From an uncultured Chthonomonadaceae bacterium (lineage in GTDB: Bacteria > Armatimonadota > Chthonomonadetes > Chthonomonadales > Chthonomonadaceae): 62,175 nt of DNA. Each line of letters opens with the position of its first letter. The stretch's first letter is position 1. A program made the position numbers and the translations under genes. Where the stretch lies: contig CAWFQB010000013.1 in NCBI GenBank assembly GCA_963817895.1, forward strand, positions 1 through 62,175, given 5' to 3'. Under the pieces are notes generated by a model that was not told the DNA's origin, ran no database searches, and saw only the letters and a program-made list of their open reading frames with translations. Below are positions 31,506 to 41,672 of this stretch, one piece after another.

Positions 31506-32219
31506 ATGAACCGCAAAGGATTTACCTTGATTGAATTGCTCGTGGTGATTGCGATTATAGCGATCCTCGCCGCGATCTTGTTCCCCGTGTTTGCCCAGGC
31601 GCGCGAGAAAGCGCGGCAAACCGCCTGCCTGTCCAATGAACGTCAGATTGGCCTTGCCTTCGGCATGTATGCCACTGACTATGATGAGCAGTATCCCCTT
31701 GCCTCCCAACCCGCGACGCCGACTTCCTGGACGGACTCGGTGCAGGCGTATATCAAAAACTACCAGGTGTTCCGCTGCTCGGACGACCTGAGCCAGAACT
31801 GGAAAACACCGCTGCCAACCCCGAACAGCCAGCAGCAAGGTCTGCGCGTCACGTCTTACTTTTCCAATCTATGGCTGGATAGTCGGCGTAAGTTCGGCAC
31901 GATGGCGGCTCTCGCCAGCCCTGCCAGCGTGATCTACGTCAGCGAGAGTACGGAAAACCTGACCCGCGATTCCTTTTTCCCGATGTACTGGAACCTGGCG
32001 GACCCGGAGAACCCTGCCAACTCGATGACGCCGTACATGCACAACCTTTTCTGGGATGCGGTCAACAACCAGACAACGGAATTGTCTCTCACGCGGCACA
32101 CCGGAGGGTTTAACAACATCTACGCCGATGGACACGCTAAGTGGGGCAAGTGGACGCAACTCTGGTTTCAGGACACGGCCCACAACATCTATGAGGGCGC
32201 TTTCGACCCTCGCCAGTAA
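31506..32219 (+). CDS. DUF1559 / H-X9-DG protein 2 (close paralog of protein 1)
   Basis: Same leader; 3' ~100 nt nearly identical to protein 1. Confidence 0.9.
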   Translation: MNRKGFTLIELLVVIAIIAILAAILFPVFAQAREKARQTACLSNERQIGLAFGMYATDYDEQYPLASQPATPTSWTDSVQAYIKNYQVFRCSDDLSQNWKTPLPTPNSQQQGLRVTSYFSNLWLDSRRKFGTMAALASPASVIYVSESTENLTRDSFFPMYWNLADPENPANSMTPYMHNLFWDAVNNQTTELSLTRHTGGFNNIYADGHAKWGKWTQLWFQDTAHNIYEGAFDPRQ

Positions 32220-32237
32220 CGGAAAGGATAAACAACC

Positions 32238-33143
32238 ATGAAACGCAGACAATTCCTCATCGAATCCACGTCGCTGATAGGCGCAATGGCGACAGTCTCA
32301 CCTATCGCCCTGGCCGAAAACAAATTAAATCGCCGGGAGCAAGCTGCCGCAAAACCTCTCCGAGTTCCAAAGGCGCCCATCAAAGTCGCCTTCCTGATTT
32401 CGGATGATTTCGCCGTAATCGACTTCGCGGGACCGTGGGAGATTTTTGAAGATGTCCTCAATCCAAGTACGCACAAACCCGCCTTCGAACTTCATACAGT
32501 CAGTCGGTCGGGAAAGGCGGTCAGGGCGCGTGGGGGACTAAGAGTAGTCCCCGAACACAGTTTTGAATCCGTTGCTCTACCGGACGTTTTGGTAGTTCCT
32601 GCCCAGTCGGATGATAGCGAGGCGGTTTTGTCCTGGATAAGAAAGGTTGCCGCTCACGCGGATATGACGATGTCGGTTTGTACGGGAGCCTTTTTGCTTG
32701 CCAAAGCCGGAGTCCTCGATGGTTTGGAAGCGACCACGCATCACGGAGCTTACAAACTTCTTTCGGTCAACTATCCTCGCATCCAAGTTCACGAGAAGGT
32801 TCGTTACGTGGACAACGGCCGTATTGCCACGTCGGGCGGGCTATCTGCGGGCATTGATCTTGCCCTGCACGTCGTCACCCGCTATTTCGGCGAGGCGGTC
32901 GCAAACACGACGGCGGCCGAGGTGGAGTATGCAGGTTATGGATGGAAGGACCCGCACAACACCGGCGACCTCTTTGATCGGTTACAGGCGGCGCAAAAGG
33001 GACGGACTTGCCCTGTATGTGGAATGGGACCAATAGGAACAGAAATAGCTTCACTCTACAAAGGGAAAACCTATTTCTTTTGCTCAGACAACTGCCGAAA
33101 GACGTTTCTTAAACGCCCGCAGGTGTTTGTTACTGGAAATTAG
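32238..33143 (+). CDS. Tat-exported DJ-1/PfpI family protein with C-terminal YHS domain
   Basis: KRRQFL Tat motif; [39 protein letters not shown]...[13 protein letters not shown]. Confidence 0.9.
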   Translation: MKRRQFLIESTSLIGAMATVSPIALAENKLNRREQAAAKPLRVPKAPIKVAFLISDDFAVIDFAGPWEIFEDVLNPSTHKPAFELHTVSRSGKAVRARGGLRVVPEHSFESVALPDVLVVPAQSDDSEAVLSWIRKVAAHADMTMSVCTGAFLLAKAGVLDGLEATTHHGAYKLLSVNYPRIQVHEKVRYVDNGRIATSGGLSAGIDLALHVVTRYFGEAVANTTAAEVEYAGYGWKDPHNTGDLFDRLQAAQKGRTCPVCGMGPIGTEIASLYKGKTYFFCSDNCRKTFLKRPQVFVTGN

Positions 33144-33414
33144 TCCCATCGGCGTCGGTAGAGCGAGGGATGGCGAACTAGTCACTGACCACATCACGTT
33201 TCGTCCTGCCGCTGTGCCAGAAACAGGCGCGTTGCCCGCCACTCTGGTTGGTTTGGAAATGGGCGCGCTGTGTTTGCGGCACAAACGCTCTCGCTCTACA
33301 GTTTCCTGGCGAATAGAGCTACCATCACGCCAGTTCGACGCTTTCTACAACGGACAGAAGTTCTCTGCCGGATCGGCGCACAAATCGGTTCTGGCAGAGA
33401 AAGGAAAAACAATC

Positions 33415-34164
33415 ATGAACCGCAAAGGTTTCACTCTCATCGAACTTCTCGTCGTGATCGCGATAATAGCGATTCTCGCCGCCATTCTGTTCCCCGTATT
33501 TGCCCAGGCTCGCGAGAAAGCCCGTTCCATCGCCTGTTTGTCCAATGGAAGGCAGATCGGGACGGCCCTGTTTATGTACATTCAGGATTACGATGAGACT
33601 TACCCGCAGGAGCATCCGGCGACCGCGAACCCGGTTGTAGACGACAATGCGGGGCAGCTTGAAGCCGAAGATTATGGCTCCCCGTTCGATAAAATTCTGC
33701 CTTACGTGGCGAGCAGGGACAGCAGCAAGACGCAGCTATTTGTGTGTCCTTCCGACCCCGACCCACACGGCAAAGCGATTATGGACAGCATGGGCAACTG
33801 CCTGAGCAACAACGCGCCGCCACCCGGCCCTCTCAGCAGCTACATCATCAACGCCTATTATCTGTTCGGGGCTACGCTGGCGCAAATTCCCGCCCCGTCC
33901 CAATCCATCTATATTGTGGAGCGGCGCAGCGACGGGAACAAGAACACGGACTTTTGCGACGTGCATTACCATCCGTGGTTAGCGGAAATCGAACTGCCCG
34001 CCAACAGCAGCGATACCGTCAACCCCGTCGCGCTTGCGAACAAACGCCACACGGGAGGCAGTAATTACGTGTATGCGGATGGACACGCGAAATGGCAGCG
34101 TTTCGAGAACACGCGCAAGCCGTTTGAGCAGCATCTCCTCTATGGAGAGCATCAGGCGTTTTGA
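33415..34164 (+). CDS. DUF1559 / H-X9-DG protein 3
   Basis: [10 protein letters not shown] leader, [29 protein letters not shown]. Confidence 0.9.
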   Translation: MNRKGFTLIELLVVIAIIAILAAILFPVFAQAREKARSIACLSNGRQIGTALFMYIQDYDETYPQEHPATANPVVDDNAGQLEAEDYGSPFDKILPYVASRDSSKTQLFVCPSDPDPHGKAIMDSMGNCLSNNAPPPGPLSSYIINAYYLFGATLAQIPAPSQSIYIVERRSDGNKNTDFCDVHYHPWLAEIELPANSSDTVNPVALANKRHTGGSNYVYADGHAKWQRFENTRKPFEQHLLYGEHQAF

Positions 34165-34805
34165 AAAAACAGATTCCGCAGGTACGGAATGGCCTGCGCG
34201 AGGGCTTTGCCCCGGTGACTGATTTTGTGTTTTTCATCGGGAGTGAGTTCCGCCATGTGCCTGCCCACTGCGGATACAATCACAATGGGATCGTAGCCGA
34301 AGCCGAAGTCGCCCTTCAGTTCATGCGCGATGTGTCCCTCGCAAATGCCGGTATACTCCTGCCGGCTGCCGTCCGGGGCGGCAATGGCGACCACGCACTG
34401 AAAGCGGCATGTCCGTTGTTCGTTCGGCACGTCGCGCATCATATCGAGTATGCGTTCCATCTTGACCTTGAACGGCGTATCCTCGCCTAAAAAGCGGTGC
34501 GATTTCACGCCTGGACTGCCGTTCAGCGCGTCAATGACCAGTCCGCCATCATCGGCAATCGTTACCAGACCGGTTTGCGCCAGTCCCGCCTCGGCCTTCA
34601 AGTGCGCGTTCGCGCTGAACGTGTCGCCGGTTTCGTCTACGGGCGGCATGGGCGGAAAATCCGCAAGCGTGACAATCGCCACGCCCAACTGCGCCGCCCC
34701 CAGTATCTGAACCATCTCCCCGCCTTTTTTCAGGTTGGTAGTGGCGACGAGGAGAAGGGATGAGGGATGAGGGATGAGGGATGAATCAACTTCTTCCTCT
34801 TCCAT
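34152..34805 (-). CDS. rdgB: Non-canonical purine NTP pyrophosphatase
   Basis: [26 protein letters not shown]...PGV.S, GFGYDP, ISHRGKA; follows rph. Confidence 0.9.
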   Translation of the reverse strand: MEEEEVDSSLIPHPSSLLLVATTNLKKGGEMVQILGAAQLGVAIVTLADFPPMPPVDETGDTFSANAHLKAEAGLAQTGLVTIADDGGLVIDALNGSPGVKSHRFLGEDTPFKVKMERILDMMRDVPNEQRTCRFQCVVAIAAPDGSRQEYTGICEGHIAHELKGDFGFGYDPIVIVSAVGRHMAELTPDEKHKISHRGKALAQAIPYLRNLFFQNA

Positions 34806-34866
34806 TTTCCCTCTTCCCTCTTCCCTTATACCTGCTTCTACTTTATCCCTCATCCCTCATCCCTTC
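34757..34866. repeat. Inverted heptamer arrays (GGGATGA)n / (TCATCCC)n
   Basis: 34757-34785 and 34843-34864, between rph and rdgB and overlapping the rdgB start. Confidence 0.85.
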
Positions 34867-34867
34867 C

Positions 34868-35590
34868 TCAAAGTCCTTCCAGCGCGGCGCGTTGCAGGCG
34901 GAACAGTTCGTCGAGTCCGATCTGGGCGAGATCGAGCAGGCGGTTCAGGCGGGCGCGGTCGAAGGGCGTCTCTTCTCCCGTTCCCTGCACTTCGATGTAG
35001 CGGCCTTTGTCGGTCGCCACAACGTTCATGTCCACATCGCAGCCCTTGTCCTCTTTATAAACCGGGTCGAGCATCTCGTTGGAACCCTGCACGACGATGC
35101 TGACAGCCGCAACCTGCGCGGTCAGGGGCAGGCGGGCAATCGCGCCCTTTTTCACCAGTTTGCTGCACGCTTCCACGAGCGCGACATAGCTGCCCGTAAT
35201 GGCGGCGCAGCGCGTACCCGCATCCGCCTGCAACACGTCGCAGTCCACCCACAGGGTTCGTTCGCCCAATACGGGCATTTCCACAACCGTGCGCAGGCTG
35301 CGCCCGATAAGCCGCTGAATCTCTACCGTTCTGCCCCCCGGGCCGTTTCTGTTTTCGCGGGGCGTCCGGGTCTCGGTTGCGCGGGGAAGCATGCTGTATT
35401 CCGCCGTGAGCCAGCCCAACTGCCCCTCCATTTTGCGAAACGGCGGGATTTTATCCTCCACGCTGACCGTGCAGATCACGCGGGTATTGCCCATTTCTAT
35501 GAGGCAGGAACCCTCCGCGTTGGGCATGAAGCCGCGCGTAATTTTGGTGGGGCGCATCTGATTGCTGCCGCGCCCATCGAATCGTGGCAT
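34868..35590 (-). CDS. rph: Ribonuclease PH
   Basis: AEGSCLIEMGNTRVIC, WLTAEYSMLPRAT, RTVEIQRLIGRSLR, DCDVLQADAGTR, IEVQGTGE. Confidence 0.95.
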   Translation of the reverse strand: MPRFDGRGSNQMRPTKITRGFMPNAEGSCLIEMGNTRVICTVSVEDKIPPFRKMEGQLGWLTAEYSMLPRATETRTPRENRNGPGGRTVEIQRLIGRSLRTVVEMPVLGERTLWVDCDVLQADAGTRCAAITGSYVALVEACSKLVKKGAIARLPLTAQVAAVSIVVQGSNEMLDPVYKEDKGCDVDMNVVATDKGRYIEVQGTGEETPFDRARLNRLLDLAQIGLDELFRLQRAALEGL

Positions 35591-35654
35591 GAAACTACTC
35601 CTTAACAAACAACTTGACAAACAAAATGTGGCGCGTTCACACTATACTGAAATA

Positions 35655-35703
35655 GCCCTCAACCCCCCGCCCCTTCTCCCAAAAAAGCCTGGGAGAAGGG
35701 GAG
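35655..35703. repeat. Hairpin repeat ccctcaacc...ccccttctccc-loop-gggagaagggga
   Basis: Stem ccccttctccc/gggagaagggg; related to the elements at 50675 and 59310. Confidence 0.65.
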
Positions 35704-35869
35704 TTGCTTGTTTTCATGCTCTCAGGTGAACGGAGTGCATGTAGTCTAATCAGCGTATATAACGTATGGTGTGTATCGCGTATTGTCGTGTACGTCGCGC
35801 TGTGCGCAAGGTTCGCCCTTTAGACAGGTTTCTCCTGCTTGTTTGCCGGGAAACCGGAGAACTTATGTT

Positions 35870-36385
35870 ATGCCCTCCTCCTGTACCCTGCGTCCCCTGC
35901 AAGCGTCCGACATTCCCTTGATTGCCGCCGCGTTTGCCGAATTGGGCTGGAACAAGCCTGCCGCGCAGTACGAACGTTATCTGGTCGAGCAGCAAAATGG
36001 AACCCGCGAAGTGTTGACGGCGTGGCAAAACAACCGCTTCGCGGGCTACCTTACCATCGTGTGGCAATCCGATTATCCGCCGTTCCGCGACGCCCGTATT
36101 CCTGAAATCCGCGACTTCAACGTATTGCCCGATTTCCGCCGACAGGGGATTGGGACCGCGCTGATGAATGAGGCCGAGTCCCGCATTTTGGAACGCTCAA
36201 CAATTATTGGAATTGGCGTCGGCATGACGCAGGATTATGGCGCGGCGCAGCGAATGTATGCGCAACGCGGCTACGTGCCGGATGGCAGGGGTTTGATGTA
36301 TCAGGAGAAGCCTATTACCTACGGCGTTCCAGTCATGGTAGATGACGATCTGGTATTGTTTTTTACGAAAACACAAAAGGATTAA
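35870..36385 (+). CDS. GNAT acetyltransferase
   Basis: PEIRDFNVLPDFRRQGIGT, GIGVG...YGAAQRMY. Confidence 0.9.
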   Translation: MPSSCTLRPLQASDIPLIAAAFAELGWNKPAAQYERYLVEQQNGTREVLTAWQNNRFAGYLTIVWQSDYPPFRDARIPEIRDFNVLPDFRRQGIGTALMNEAESRILERSTIIGIGVGMTQDYGAAQRMYAQRGYVPDGRGLMYQEKPITYGVPVMVDDDLVLFFTKTQKD

Positions 36386-36390
36386 AGCAA

Positions 36391-37887
36391 ATGTTTCGCC
36401 CCACATTTACGCGCCTGTTCGCGCCCCGCTTGCAAATGGCGCTGGCATTGTCCGGCGTTTGCCTGCTGTCTGTGACGCGAACTCAGGCGCAGTCAACGCT
36501 CGTATCTCCGAACGCGCCCGCAACTCTCAGCGTCCACGACGAATCGCTGCTGGCAAACGCGCCCTTTGATACCCCGAACGCTATACGCGGGGCATTGATG
36601 CGGGGAGCGCGTGTGGATATACGCGACGCGCAGGGCCGTACCGCGCTGATACTGGCGGCGGGTTACAATCCCGATGCTTTCTTGCGAACATATCAGCGCG
36701 TCAAAAGTTTACAGGCAGGCAACGGCGCGGCGAATCAAACCGGGCTGGGATATGAGGGGAACCGCATTACCTTTTCCATGCGGGATGAACAGACATTGCG
36801 TTCCGAACCCGCGCAATATCTGCTCGGACTGGGCGCGAAACAGCATACCGATGCGCAAACGGGCCAGATCGTTTTGACGTGGGATGCCGCCAATAACGGC
36901 AATACGTCCACGCTGCAAATTCTGCTGGATGCGGGCGCGAACATCAATGCCCGCGCCCGTGACGGCAAAACCGCCCTGATAGTGGCAATACAAAATGATA
37001 ATCTTACGGCCACGCGATTGCTGCTCGAAAAAGGCGTAGATTTCAACCTTGCCGACAACACCGGACTGACCGCGCTCGGCTACGCCGCCGGTCGGGGCAA
37101 TGCCGCGCTCGTACAGGCGTTGCAGGCAAAGGGCGCGGCAACCGACGCGCGTTCCCCCAATGGGGCGGCCCTGCTAAACTTTGCTATCGGTCAGGGGAAC
37201 ATCACGCAGGCGCGCGATTTGCTCCAACAGGGAGTGGAGACATCAGAGTCGCCCCTGTACATTGCCGAACGCGGCAACAATGTAGAAATGGTTCGTTTGC
37301 TGATTGAACACGGCGCGAGTGTCAACAAACGAAATTTTTTTGGCGGAACCCCTCTGGCAGAGGCTCTGAGTTCCCATGCGGAGGACACGGCCAGATTGCT
37401 GCTGGAAAAAGGGGCTGATCCCAATGGCACAGATCAATTTGGTCGCCGCAGTCTGTTTATTGCCAGTAAAAGCGGCAGCCCTGAAATCGTCAGAGCTTTG
37501 CTGGACAGAGGAGCAGACCCGAATATGCGCGATGGGGGCGGAGCCACGCCCCTGCATGAAGCGATATGGGGAATTTGGCGTCCGAACCGCCACCCGGATG
37601 CGCCCGCCGCGTTGTCGCCGGGTAAAAACCAAAACCCGGACACGCTTGCCGTCGTCACTCTGTTGTTGGATAGGGGAGCCGACATCAACGCCCGTACAAA
37701 GGAGGGCGCGACGCCTTTATTGAATGCGCTGGCGTGGGGGCAAAGCGATGTTGCCCGACTGCTGATACAGCGCGGCGTGGATGTGAACCTGAAAACCAAG
37801 CAGGGCAACTCGCCCCTGCGCCGCGCCCTCGCCTTTCGCCTGAACGATGTTGTAGAACTATTGCGGGCAAAGGGCGCGAAAGAATAA
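36391..37887 (+). CDS. Secreted ankyrin repeat protein
   Basis: Multiple G.TAL/TPL...LL..GAD.N repeats. Confidence 0.95.
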   Translation: MFRPTFTRLFAPRLQMALALSGVCLLSVTRTQAQSTLVSPNAPATLSVHDESLLANAPFDTPNAIRGALMRGARVDIRDAQGRTALILAAGYNPDAFLRTYQRVKSLQAGNGAANQTGLGYEGNRITFSMRDEQTLRSEPAQYLLGLGAKQHTDAQTGQIVLTWDAANNGNTSTLQILLDAGANINARARDGKTALIVAIQNDNLTATRLLLEKGVDFNLADNTGLTALGYAAGRGNAALVQALQAKGAATDARSPNGAALLNFAIGQGNITQARDLLQQGVETSESPLYIAERGNNVEMVRLLIEHGASVNKRNFFGGTPLAEALSSHAEDTARLLLEKGADPNGTDQFGRRSLFIASKSGSPEIVRALLDRGADPNMRDGGGATPLHEAIWGIWRPNRHPDAPAALSPGKNQNPDTLAVVTLLLDRGADINARTKEGATPLLNALAWGQSDVARLLIQRGVDVNLKTKQGNSPLRRALAFRLNDVVELLRAKGAKE

Positions 37888-37906
37888 ACTCCCGAAGGAG
37901 GTCTGC

Positions 37907-38578
37907 GTGAACCCTAAATTGGAAGACATGGTGGAGTTCTATAACAACCCGGAGCCGCGCTGCCCCTGTGTGCTGCTGCTGGACACGTCCGACTCCATGC
38001 GCGGCAATCCCATTGCCCAACTCAATACGGGGTTGCGTACCCTCCATGAAAATCTGCGCAAAGACCCCGTCGCGTCGAAACGGGTGGATATTGCCGTCGT
38101 CACCTTCAACAGCGCTGTCAGCGTGGTTCAGGAATTCGTTCCCATCAACCGATTTTCGCCGCCAATATTATCAACGGGCGGGTATACGCACATGGGCAGC
38201 GGCGTTCACAAAGCCCTCGACTTGCTGCAAGCCCACAAGAAAGCCCTGCGCGAACTGGAAATTGACTATTTCCGCCCGCATGTCTTTCTGATTACGGACG
38301 GCAAGCCCGAAGATGAACCCGAACAGGTTACGCAAAGCGCGATGCAGCGAATCGCCGATGAAGAGGCCAAACGGAGCGTGTTATTTTTCGCCATCGGGGT
38401 GCGCGGGGCCGACATTGACCGCCTGCGGCAAATGGTCGTCCGCGAACCCATTGACCTTGCCGGCCAGAGTTTTCAGGAGATGATTGATTACCTTTCCAAA
38501 AGCGTGTCCGCGCTGTCGCAGGCGCGTCTGGAAAGCGAAGAGCAGCGCCCGCTGCCGCTGCCGGGGAGGAAGGGATAG
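37907..38578 (+). CDS. vWA domain protein, TerY/YegL-like
   Basis: NPEPRCPCVLLLDTSDSM, Y.RP.VFLITDG.P, FFAIGV.GAD. Confidence 0.9.
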   Translation: MNPKLEDMVEFYNNPEPRCPCVLLLDTSDSMRGNPIAQLNTGLRTLHENLRKDPVASKRVDIAVVTFNSAVSVVQEFVPINRFSPPILSTGGYTHMGSGVHKALDLLQAHKKALRELEIDYFRPHVFLITDGKPEDEPEQVTQSAMQRIADEEAKRSVLFFAIGVRGADIDRLRQMVVREPIDLAGQSFQEMIDYLSKSVSALSQARLESEEQRPLPLPGRKG

Positions 38579-38697
38579 GTTTCAGGGGTCAGGGGTCAGG
38601 GAGGAACTCTCCTGTAACCTGAAAATTAATCATTGATGTTTTGTACGCGAGGTGAGCAGGCGATTTTCCTGACACCTGAAACCTTACGGAGAACGCC

Positions 38698-41502
38698 ATG
38701 CGACTACGACGGCAATCCAATGCGGAAGTGATTACCATAGACACGAGCGCGCCGCTTGGCAAGGGGGGCGAAGCGCGAGTCTACGGGGTGGTGGGCGAGC
38801 CGGGACTGGCGGCAAAGGTGTACGAGTCCGACAAAGACCTGTCGGAGCGGATCGCCAAATTGACCGTCATGCGCGACACGCCGCCCGATTTGCCGCAGGG
38901 CAAAGATGGGCATGTGTCCATTGCGTGGCCCCTCGATTTGCTGTGCGATGAGGAAGACGTGACGCGGGTTACGGGGTTTCTGATGGGGCGAGTCCATGAC
39001 GCCGTTCAGGTGATTGACCTGTACAACCCGCAAACCCGCCTGCGCGAATCGCCCCTGTTCGATTATCGTTATCTGCTGCGCGCGGCCCGCAACCTGTCCG
39101 CCGCCGTCCGCGCCTGCCACGCGCGCGGCTACGTCATCGGCGACCTGAAACACTCCAACGTTCTCGTCACCCAAACCGCGCTGGTCACGCTGGTAGACAC
39201 CGACTCGTTTCAAGTCCGTAACCCGCAAACCGATGAAATTTTCGCCTGCCCCGTCCGCACTCCCGATTTCACGCCGCCCGAGTTGCAGGAGGAAGAAAAG
39301 GAGAAAAGGAGAAAAGGAGAAGAGGAGAAGGAGGGAGAGGCTTCATCCTTCATCCTTCATCCTTCATCCTTAGCGCCGTCCCATGATTTATTCGCTCTTG
39401 CAACGCTGATTTTTCATCTGCTGATGGAGGGGACGCATCCGTTTGCGGGGGTGTATCTGGAGGAGGGCGATCCGCCGCCGTTCGAGGAGCGGATTGCGCG
39501 GGGGCATTTTGCTTACGGGAATCGGGTTGTGCCGTATCGCCCCAATACGCGCTACGCGCCGCCCTTCGAGATGCTGCCGCCCGCCCTGCGCGAGTTGTTT
39601 GTGCTGTGCTTTGAGGCCGGACACGATAACCCCGAACTGCGCCCGGATGCCCGGACATGGCAACGCGCGCTGGACGAAGCCGGGCGGCAGTTGTCGCGCT
39701 GTGACGCCAACCCGCAGCACTTTTACAGCAATCATCTGGACGCCTGCCCCTGGTGCCTGCGCCAGCTAACCCAACTGCGCGGGCTGGACCCGTTCCCATC
39801 CGAGCAGGCCGTGCTGGAAAAGGCCAGAACACAATCTGCCGCGCCGAAGCCCACCGGTTCCGCGCCGTATGCCAACGGCGGGCAGCAGTCGTCGCCCCCT
39901 GCCGCTTCCACGCCCTCCACGTATGAGATCGTAAGCTGGCTCACGGTGTTGGGGGGATTGGCGCTGCTGTGTTTGTTTGTCGTGTTAGCCAACGGTCCCG
40001 ATACGCATCGCCCGTACACGATGGAAGCAGCGCGAATCGAGCCGTTCACGCCCACCATGACGCCTGTACCCGTGACGCCCGAAACCCCTCCAACGGCCTC
40101 GGGTTCGCCGCCTGTCACTACAGCGCCTGTCACATCTCCGGATGCGATTGCATCTGTGGCGTACTCTCCTGACGGCAACACCATCGTCGGCATGGGGCAG
40201 GATGTGTTGCTGTGGAACGGACGATCCGGGCAACTCACGCGCCGAATTCCCCTGCGCAACCGGGCTTTTATGGAACCCGACAAAGCCAATGCGTTTGCCT
40301 TTGCGCCCGACAGCAAAACGCTTGCCGTCAGCAGCGGCGGCACGGTCAAACTATGGGATGTTTCCACCGGCAAATGCCGTCTGACCATTCCGGCAAAGAG
40401 CGGTACTGCCGTTCCCGCTCAGAACGGCCCGGTTCCCCTTGCCTACTCCCCCGACGGTAAACTGCTTGCGGTCGCGAATAAAGATTGGAAGCGGTTCCCG
40501 GAACGGTACGTCATCAAAGTGATAGAGGCGCGAACAGGTAAAACGCTTCGCGAACTAGATACGAGTATTGCCCGCATGACCGCGCTGCATTTCGCGCCGC
40601 AGGAGAATATCCTTGTCAGCGCGGGCATGGACAAGGCTATCGGGATTGCCGCGAGTCGCGCCGGTATAGATAATTGTATGGAAGCTTGGAACGCGCGAAC
40701 AGGCAAACGACAATGGATGCAGAAAGACCTTGCGCCAATAAACGCGCTTGTGTTCTCGCCGGACGGCAAATACCTGTCCGGCAGTGGCCTGTCTCGCCGC
40801 CGGTGGAACGCCCATAACGGAGAGTATGCGCCCGTTTCTAACTCGTACTTTCTGTCTCAGGTAGGCTTCGCGTTTTCACCCCGGCAAGATAGGATTGTCA
40901 ATCTGCTGGCAACGCATGAGATCGAGATGCTGGACACGGCAACGGGCGCGCGAAAATCCTTTTTGTCAACGCCTTCCACTGCCGCAAAATCCTCCTCTGA
41001 CGATCCCAACGCGCCTGTGGGCTACACGTCAGCGGCCTTTTCGCCGGATGGCAGGCAGGTCTTGACCGGCAGTTATACAAACGGCGTCCAAATATGGGAC
41101 GCGCGAGCGGGCAAATGCCTGCGCGCGCTGAACAGCATACCCGCGAAAATGCATGTCACGGCTTCGGGTCTGAAAACTATTGATCTGGTTCGCGGAACCG
41201 GCAAACAGGCGCACTTCGGGCAGATGGTCACGGCCTACTACGCCGGAAAGTTCACCGGCGGAACAGCCTGCAACAGTTCCAACGAAATCGGCAAGCCGGT
41301 AACATTTCTGCTGGAGCCGGATGGGGTCTTCAAAGGGCTGCACGAGGGTATATCCACCATGCGGGTCGGCGGCAAGCGGCGCCTGATAATCCCCTCCACT
41401 CTGGCGTACGGCAAAGACAGCATTGGCTACACCGTCCCGCGCAACGCCACCCTGACCGTTGACGTGGAACTGATTCAGGTAAAAGACGCCTCTTCTTATT
41501 GA
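38698..41502 (+). CDS. YegI-like Ser/Thr kinase - Zn ribbon - TM - WD40 - FKBP fusion
   Basis: GKGGEARVY, AKVY, IAWP, VIGDLKHSN, VDTDSFQ, CDANPQH..CPWC, TM helix, repeated (Y/F)SPDG, C-terminal EGISTMRVGGKRRLIIP..LAYG. Confidence 0.85.
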   Translation: MRLRRQSNAEVITIDTSAPLGKGGEARVYGVVGEPGLAAKVYESDKDLSERIAKLTVMRDTPPDLPQGKDGHVSIAWPLDLLCDEEDVTRVTGFLMGRVHDAVQVIDLYNPQTRLRESPLFDYRYLLRAARNLSAAVRACHARGYVIGDLKHSNVLVTQTALVTLVDTDSFQVRNPQTDEIFACPVRTPDFTPPELQEEEKEKRRKGEEEKEGEASSFILHPSSLAPSHDLFALATLIFHLLMEGTHPFAGVYLEEGDPPPFEERIARGHFAYGNRVVPYRPNTRYAPPFEMLPPALRELFVLCFEAGHDNPELRPDARTWQRALDEAGRQLSRCDANPQHFYSNHLDACPWCLRQLTQLRGLDPFPSEQAVLEKARTQSAAPKPTGSAPYANGGQQSSPPAASTPSTYEIVSWLTVLGGLALLCLFVVLANGPDTHRPYTMEAARIEPFTPTMTPVPVTPETPPTASGSPPVTTAPVTSPDAIASVAYSPDGNTIVGMGQDVLLWNGRSGQLTRRIPLRNRAFMEPDKANAFAFAPDSKTLAVSSGGTVKLWDVSTGKCRLTIPAKSGTAVPAQNGPVPLAYSPDGKLLAVANKDWKRFPERYVIKVIEARTGKTLRELDTSIARMTALHFAPQENILVSAGMDKAIGIAASRAGIDNCMEAWNARTGKRQWMQKDLAPINALVFSPDGKYLSGSGLSRRRWNAHNGEYAPVSNSYFLSQVGFAFSPRQDRIVNLLATHEIEMLDTATGARKSFLSTPSTAAKSSSDDPNAPVGYTSAAFSPDGRQVLTGSYTNGVQIWDARAGKCLRALNSIPAKMHVTASGLKTIDLVRGTGKQAHFGQMVTAYYAGKFTGGTACNSSNEIGKPVTFLLEPDGVFKGLHEGISTMRVGGKRRLIIPSTLAYGKDSIGYTVPRNATLTVDVELIQVKDASSY

Positions 41503-41525
41503 TAATGTGTCAGGGGCCACAATAT

Positions 41526-41672
41526 GTAGGGGCGCCGCTTGCTGCGCCTTATTTTACATGCGGCTGCGCCTTATTTTACATGCGGCTGCGCCTTATTTTA
41601 CATGCGGCTGCGCCCGCATGTGAGGAGGGTTCAGCCCACATGTGAGGAGGGTTCAGCAAGCAGAACCCCTAC
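41526..41672. repeat. GTAG-REP doublet (family 3) with internal 22-bp tandem repeats
   Basis: Ends gtaggggcgccgcttgctgcgcc and gggttcagcaagcagaacccctac; gctgcgccttattttacatgcg x3; catgtgaggagggttcagc x2. Confidence 0.8.

Noticed and set aside
41541..41660. CRISPR array
   Set aside because: The 22-bp units are directly tandem with no unique spacers, and there are no cas genes.
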